Part shown: in pieces, positions 63,390 to 64,000 of the stretch
Layout of the letters: each line of letters begins with the position of its first letter
Numbering within the stretch: position 1 is the stretch's first letter
Source: Octopus sinensis
Lineage: Eukaryota
DNA length: 64,000 nucleotides
Assembly: GCF_006345805.1 (NCBI RefSeq)
Contig: NC_043002.1
Span: 19,902,001 to 19,966,000, forward strand
Direction of reading: 5' to 3'
Translations under genes and position numbers: made by a program
The notes under the pieces: generated by a model
The model's database searches: none
What the model was told of the DNA's origin: nothing
What the model saw: only the letters and a program-made list of their open reading frames with translations

Positions 63390-63785
63390 TCGTTTGTTTC
63401 AGTCATTTGACTACTGCCATGCTGGAGCACTGTCTTTAGTCGAGCAAATCGACCCCAGGACTTATTCTTTGTAAGCCTAGTACCTATTCTATTGGTTTCT
63501 TTTGCCGAATTGCTAAGTTATGGGGGACGCAAACACACCAACATCGGTTGTCAAGCGATGTTGGGGGGGAGGGGGATAAACACAGACACACACACACACA
63601 CACACACACATATATGTACATATACATATATATGACGAGCTTCTTTCAGTTTCCGTCTACCAAATCCACTCACAAGGCTTTGGTTGGCCTGAGGTTATAG
63701 TAGAAGACACTTGCCTAAGGTGCCATACAGGGGACTGAACCTGGAACCATGTGGTTGGGAAGCAAACCTTTTACCACACAGCCAC
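63390..63785 (-). mobile_element. SINE family B
   Basis: Full-length homologue with internal (CA)/(TA) tract. Confidence 0.9.
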
Positions 63786-64000
63786 AAAAAATATTTAACA
63801 AATTATTTATTGGAATGGAGATAATATATTTTCATGTGTAAGGATACTATTGTAATACTGGAGTCCTAAAATCAGAGAGGAACAATGAGAGGTAATGAAG
63901 ACAATTGAAATTAGAAAATGGGACTGATAATGACACTTCTACTTCAGCCTACTTCAAGTTACTTCCTAAATAAGTTTGTGAATTTTTTAAAAATAATATA

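Overview
AT-rich, repeat-saturated eukaryotic (animal) genomic DNA. The SINE, RTE-tail and microsatellite families look like those of octopod cephalopods (Octopus-like); this is recognition from memory, not a search result. There is no prokaryotic content, CRISPR array, rRNA or true tRNA gene, and most ORFs in the supplied track are artefacts of microsatellites and SINEs. Much of the window can be parsed as transposable elements. These are: four tRNA-headed SINE families (called A-D here); many 5'-truncated RTE LINE tails, one retaining ORF2 C-terminal sequence; CR1/L2-, Jockey/I- and RLE-type LINE remnants; a fragmented hAT transposase (about 9.6-13.2 kb); a fragmented pogo/Tigger transposase (about 14.6-16.5 kb); two Tc1/mariner deletion derivatives; an Academ-like XPG fragment; non-autonomous Helitrons; hAT, piggyBac, Tc1 and Ginger-type MITEs with visible TIRs/TSDs; and a Penelope-like 3' fragment carrying a minimal hammerhead ribozyme motif. 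Two CpG-retaining zones (about 0-9.3 kb and 45.1-47 kb) flank CpG-poor, gene-body-like stretches. A plus-strand host gene of unknown identity probably starts near 45.5 kb, with a well-supported 230-bp exon at 52254-52483. A second gene probably spans about 2.6-45.1 kb but could not be reconstructed. A degenerate 27-bp TTAATTAG-core minisatellite occupies about 25.3-25.6 kb and 31.1-33.7 kb. I see no convincing wholly new biological system. The best leads are the hammerhead motif, the unidentified gene, the 27-bp array, tail-swapping SINEs and the long fold-back structures.
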